64,000 nucleotides of DNA. It comes from an uncultured Chthonomonadaceae bacterium. GTDB taxonomy: Bacteria; Armatimonadota; Chthonomonadetes; Chthonomonadales; Chthonomonadaceae. A program made the translations under genes and the position numbers. The notes under the pieces are model-generated. The model made no database searches. It was not told the origin of the DNA and worked only from the letters and a program-made list of their open reading frames with translations. The stretch spans positions 32,001 to 96,000 of the forward strand of contig CAWIEK010000042.1 of assembly GCA_963835065.1 (NCBI GenBank), read 5' to 3'. Positions 62,453-64,000 of the stretch are shown in pieces (position 1 is the first letter of the stretch; every line of letters starts with the position of its first letter).

Positions 62453-63840
62453 ATCAACACAAGGCAATTACGCGCGTTGGTTTGGGATTGCTGCTTTTGC
62501 TGCCGCCGCATGTTGCCGCCGCGCAGGGTGTCGGCGGTCCCCCAGTGAGCAGTGACGCACATTCGGAGGAAAATTCCGACGCCCCCGCTTTGAACTGGTA
62601 TTTCCAACGCCCGGACTCGCGACTGGCAGGCCAGTACGATTACAGCAGCGCTGCCCGGCTGTCGGCAGCGTTGAAGTTGGACCAGCGCGGCAAAAACCTT
62701 ACCACGCCCATAGATATACAATTAAGCAAGGCTACGCTCCAACAGGCTCTCAGCGCCCTGGCGAAAGAGTCCGGCTTGTCTCTCACTGTGGATGCCGGTT
62801 TTACCGGGGACAAGCGCCTGACTATTGACGCGCACAACGTGCCGGTGGCTACCGTATTGGAAGCGATTGCGCAGCAGACGAGTTTGATGATTGCGCCGGA
62901 CGGCATGGGCGTTACGCTCAAACTGTGGCCTTCCATTAACATCAACGGGCAGAAGAGCAGTTATCGGGGGCAGTACGCACCCTGGTCGGATGAGTGGGTA
63001 GTCACTAAAAATCCGGCTGTCCCAGCACCACTTAAAACGGGCGGGGGAGGTGGCGGGATTGGAGGTGGCGGGTTCGGCGGTGGCGGGTTTGGCGGCGGTG
63101 GAGGCGCTTTCGGTGGAGGGGGTGGATCTGGCAGCGGATTAGGAGGAGCGCAGGGCAGTACGCCAGGCAATGACCCGACTGCGCCCAAGAGTAACACGAA
63201 TACGATTAATCGGAAATTCCAAAATCAGATTACGACCTTCGACAATCCCTATGCTAATGCTACCCTGGGAGGAACGCGCCTGATTTCGCCCCCGGCGGTC
63301 TATAACAATACTGCCAGGAGTCCGTTCGTATCCACGCCGCTTTTTAGCGAACAGATGGGAGCGTCCAACACCGCGCCGCTTTCCATGACTATTTCGGGGG
63401 ACAGGCTGGCAATCGCGGAACCGACAACAGGACCCAACGGCGTTTTGGGATACAAAATCACGATGTACGCCCTGTCCGGCAATCAACTAAAAATGGTGGG
63501 CAGCGTGTTCCATGCCGCCGCGCGCAACGGTTCGGGGAGTGGAATAAAAACGCCTGCTGCGCCAAACCGAGCCTTCGGGGGTGGCTTCGGCGGCGGTCAG
63601 GGTGGTGGGTTTGGCGGTCAGGGTGGCGGTGGCTTTGGTGGCGGCAGTGAAGGTGGGTTTGGCGGCGGTGGGGGCTTTAGCGGTGGAGGCTTGGGCAGCG
63701 GCAATGGCGGCGGACTTGGTAACAGCAATGGTGGAGGCTTGGGCAGCGGCAATGGTGGTGGACTTGGCGGCGGGAGTTTGGGGGGCGGGGAAGCCCCGGC
63801 GAAACCTGTGGCTCCTCCCAAAGATGGCGGCAAGCCGTGA
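62449..63840 (+). CDS. secreted protein with STN-like domain and Gly-rich tracts
   Basis: Signal peptide; IQLSKATLQQALSALAKESGL...LTIDAHNVPVATVLEAI; GGGFGG repeats. Confidence 0.7.
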   Translation: MNQHKAITRVGLGLLLLLPPHVAAAQGVGGPPVSSDAHSEENSDAPALNWYFQRPDSRLAGQYDYSSAARLSAALKLDQRGKNLTTPIDIQLSKATLQQALSALAKESGLSLTVDAGFTGDKRLTIDAHNVPVATVLEAIAQQTSLMIAPDGMGVTLKLWPSININGQKSSYRGQYAPWSDEWVVTKNPAVPAPLKTGGGGGGIGGGGFGGGGFGGGGGAFGGGGGSGSGLGGAQGSTPGNDPTAPKSNTNTINRKFQNQITTFDNPYANATLGGTRLISPPAVYNNTARSPFVSTPLFSEQMGASNTAPLSMTISGDRLAIAEPTTGPNGVLGYKITMYALSGNQLKMVGSVFHAAARNGSGSGIKTPAAPNRAFGGGFGGGQGGGFGGQGGGGFGGGSEGGFGGGGGFSGGGLGSGNGGGLGNSNGGGLGSGNGGGLGGGSLGGGEAPAKPVAPPKDGGKP

Positions 63841-63849
63841 AACTGAAAT

Positions 63850-63999
63850 CTACCTTACTGCCGCTTCCAGCAAAGTGAGCGTTCGGTTGGTGGCGTCCAG
63901 GCGGGCTTGTACGCCCAGAGGAAGCGTGAGCGGATTGGGTTCGTGGCCGAAGGGAAAGCCGGCAAGCGCAGGCTTTCCCAATGGCGTGAAAAAGTCCTG
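63850..63999 (-). CDS. LD-carboxypeptidase (S66), C-terminal fragment (not in the ORF track)
   Basis: Translates QDFFTPLGKPALAGFPFGHEPNPLTLPLGVQARLDATNRTLTLLEAAVR*, with the PFGH catalytic His motif. Confidence 0.8.
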   Translation of the reverse strand, partial: QDFFTPLGKPALAGFPFGHEPNPLTLPLGVQARLDATNRTLTLLEAAVR

Positions 64000-64000
64000 C

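Overview
GC-rich bacterial chromosomal window. The lineage is inferred to be Armatimonadota (Chthonomonadales-like) from the [15 protein letters not shown]1559 prepilin and the gene content; this was not verified. Core genes include a partial dCTP deaminase, tRNA-Ala(CGC), cysteine synthase with a JAB peptidase, pyrG, a DUF1385 gene next to type-B L31, an M24 peptidase, cysS, an OGG glycosylase and a partial LD-carboxypeptidase. Accessory content: (i) a cassette-like array around the tRNA with two ankyrin genes and three paralogous membrane proteins that have conserved ends and variable middles; (ii) about 13 kb of three giant secreted proteins, heavily frameshifted in this sequence, followed by redoxin and DUF1573 genes; (iii) a YHYH gene next to an MbnP-MbnH fusion; (iv) a Y1 HUH transposase between perfect 75-bp inverted repeats; (v) an RND-MarR-TolC efflux operon with low-complexity extensions; (vi) a c-di-GMP cluster (two PilZ proteins and a degenerate HD-GYP-GAF-GGDEF protein); (vii) an ECF sigma/anti-sigma/STN locus. 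Many locus-specific 7-9-bp tandem repeats occur as inverted pairs, and some lie in frame inside genes. All family calls come from motif recognition by eye, not database searches. Frameshifts may be long-read consensus errors.
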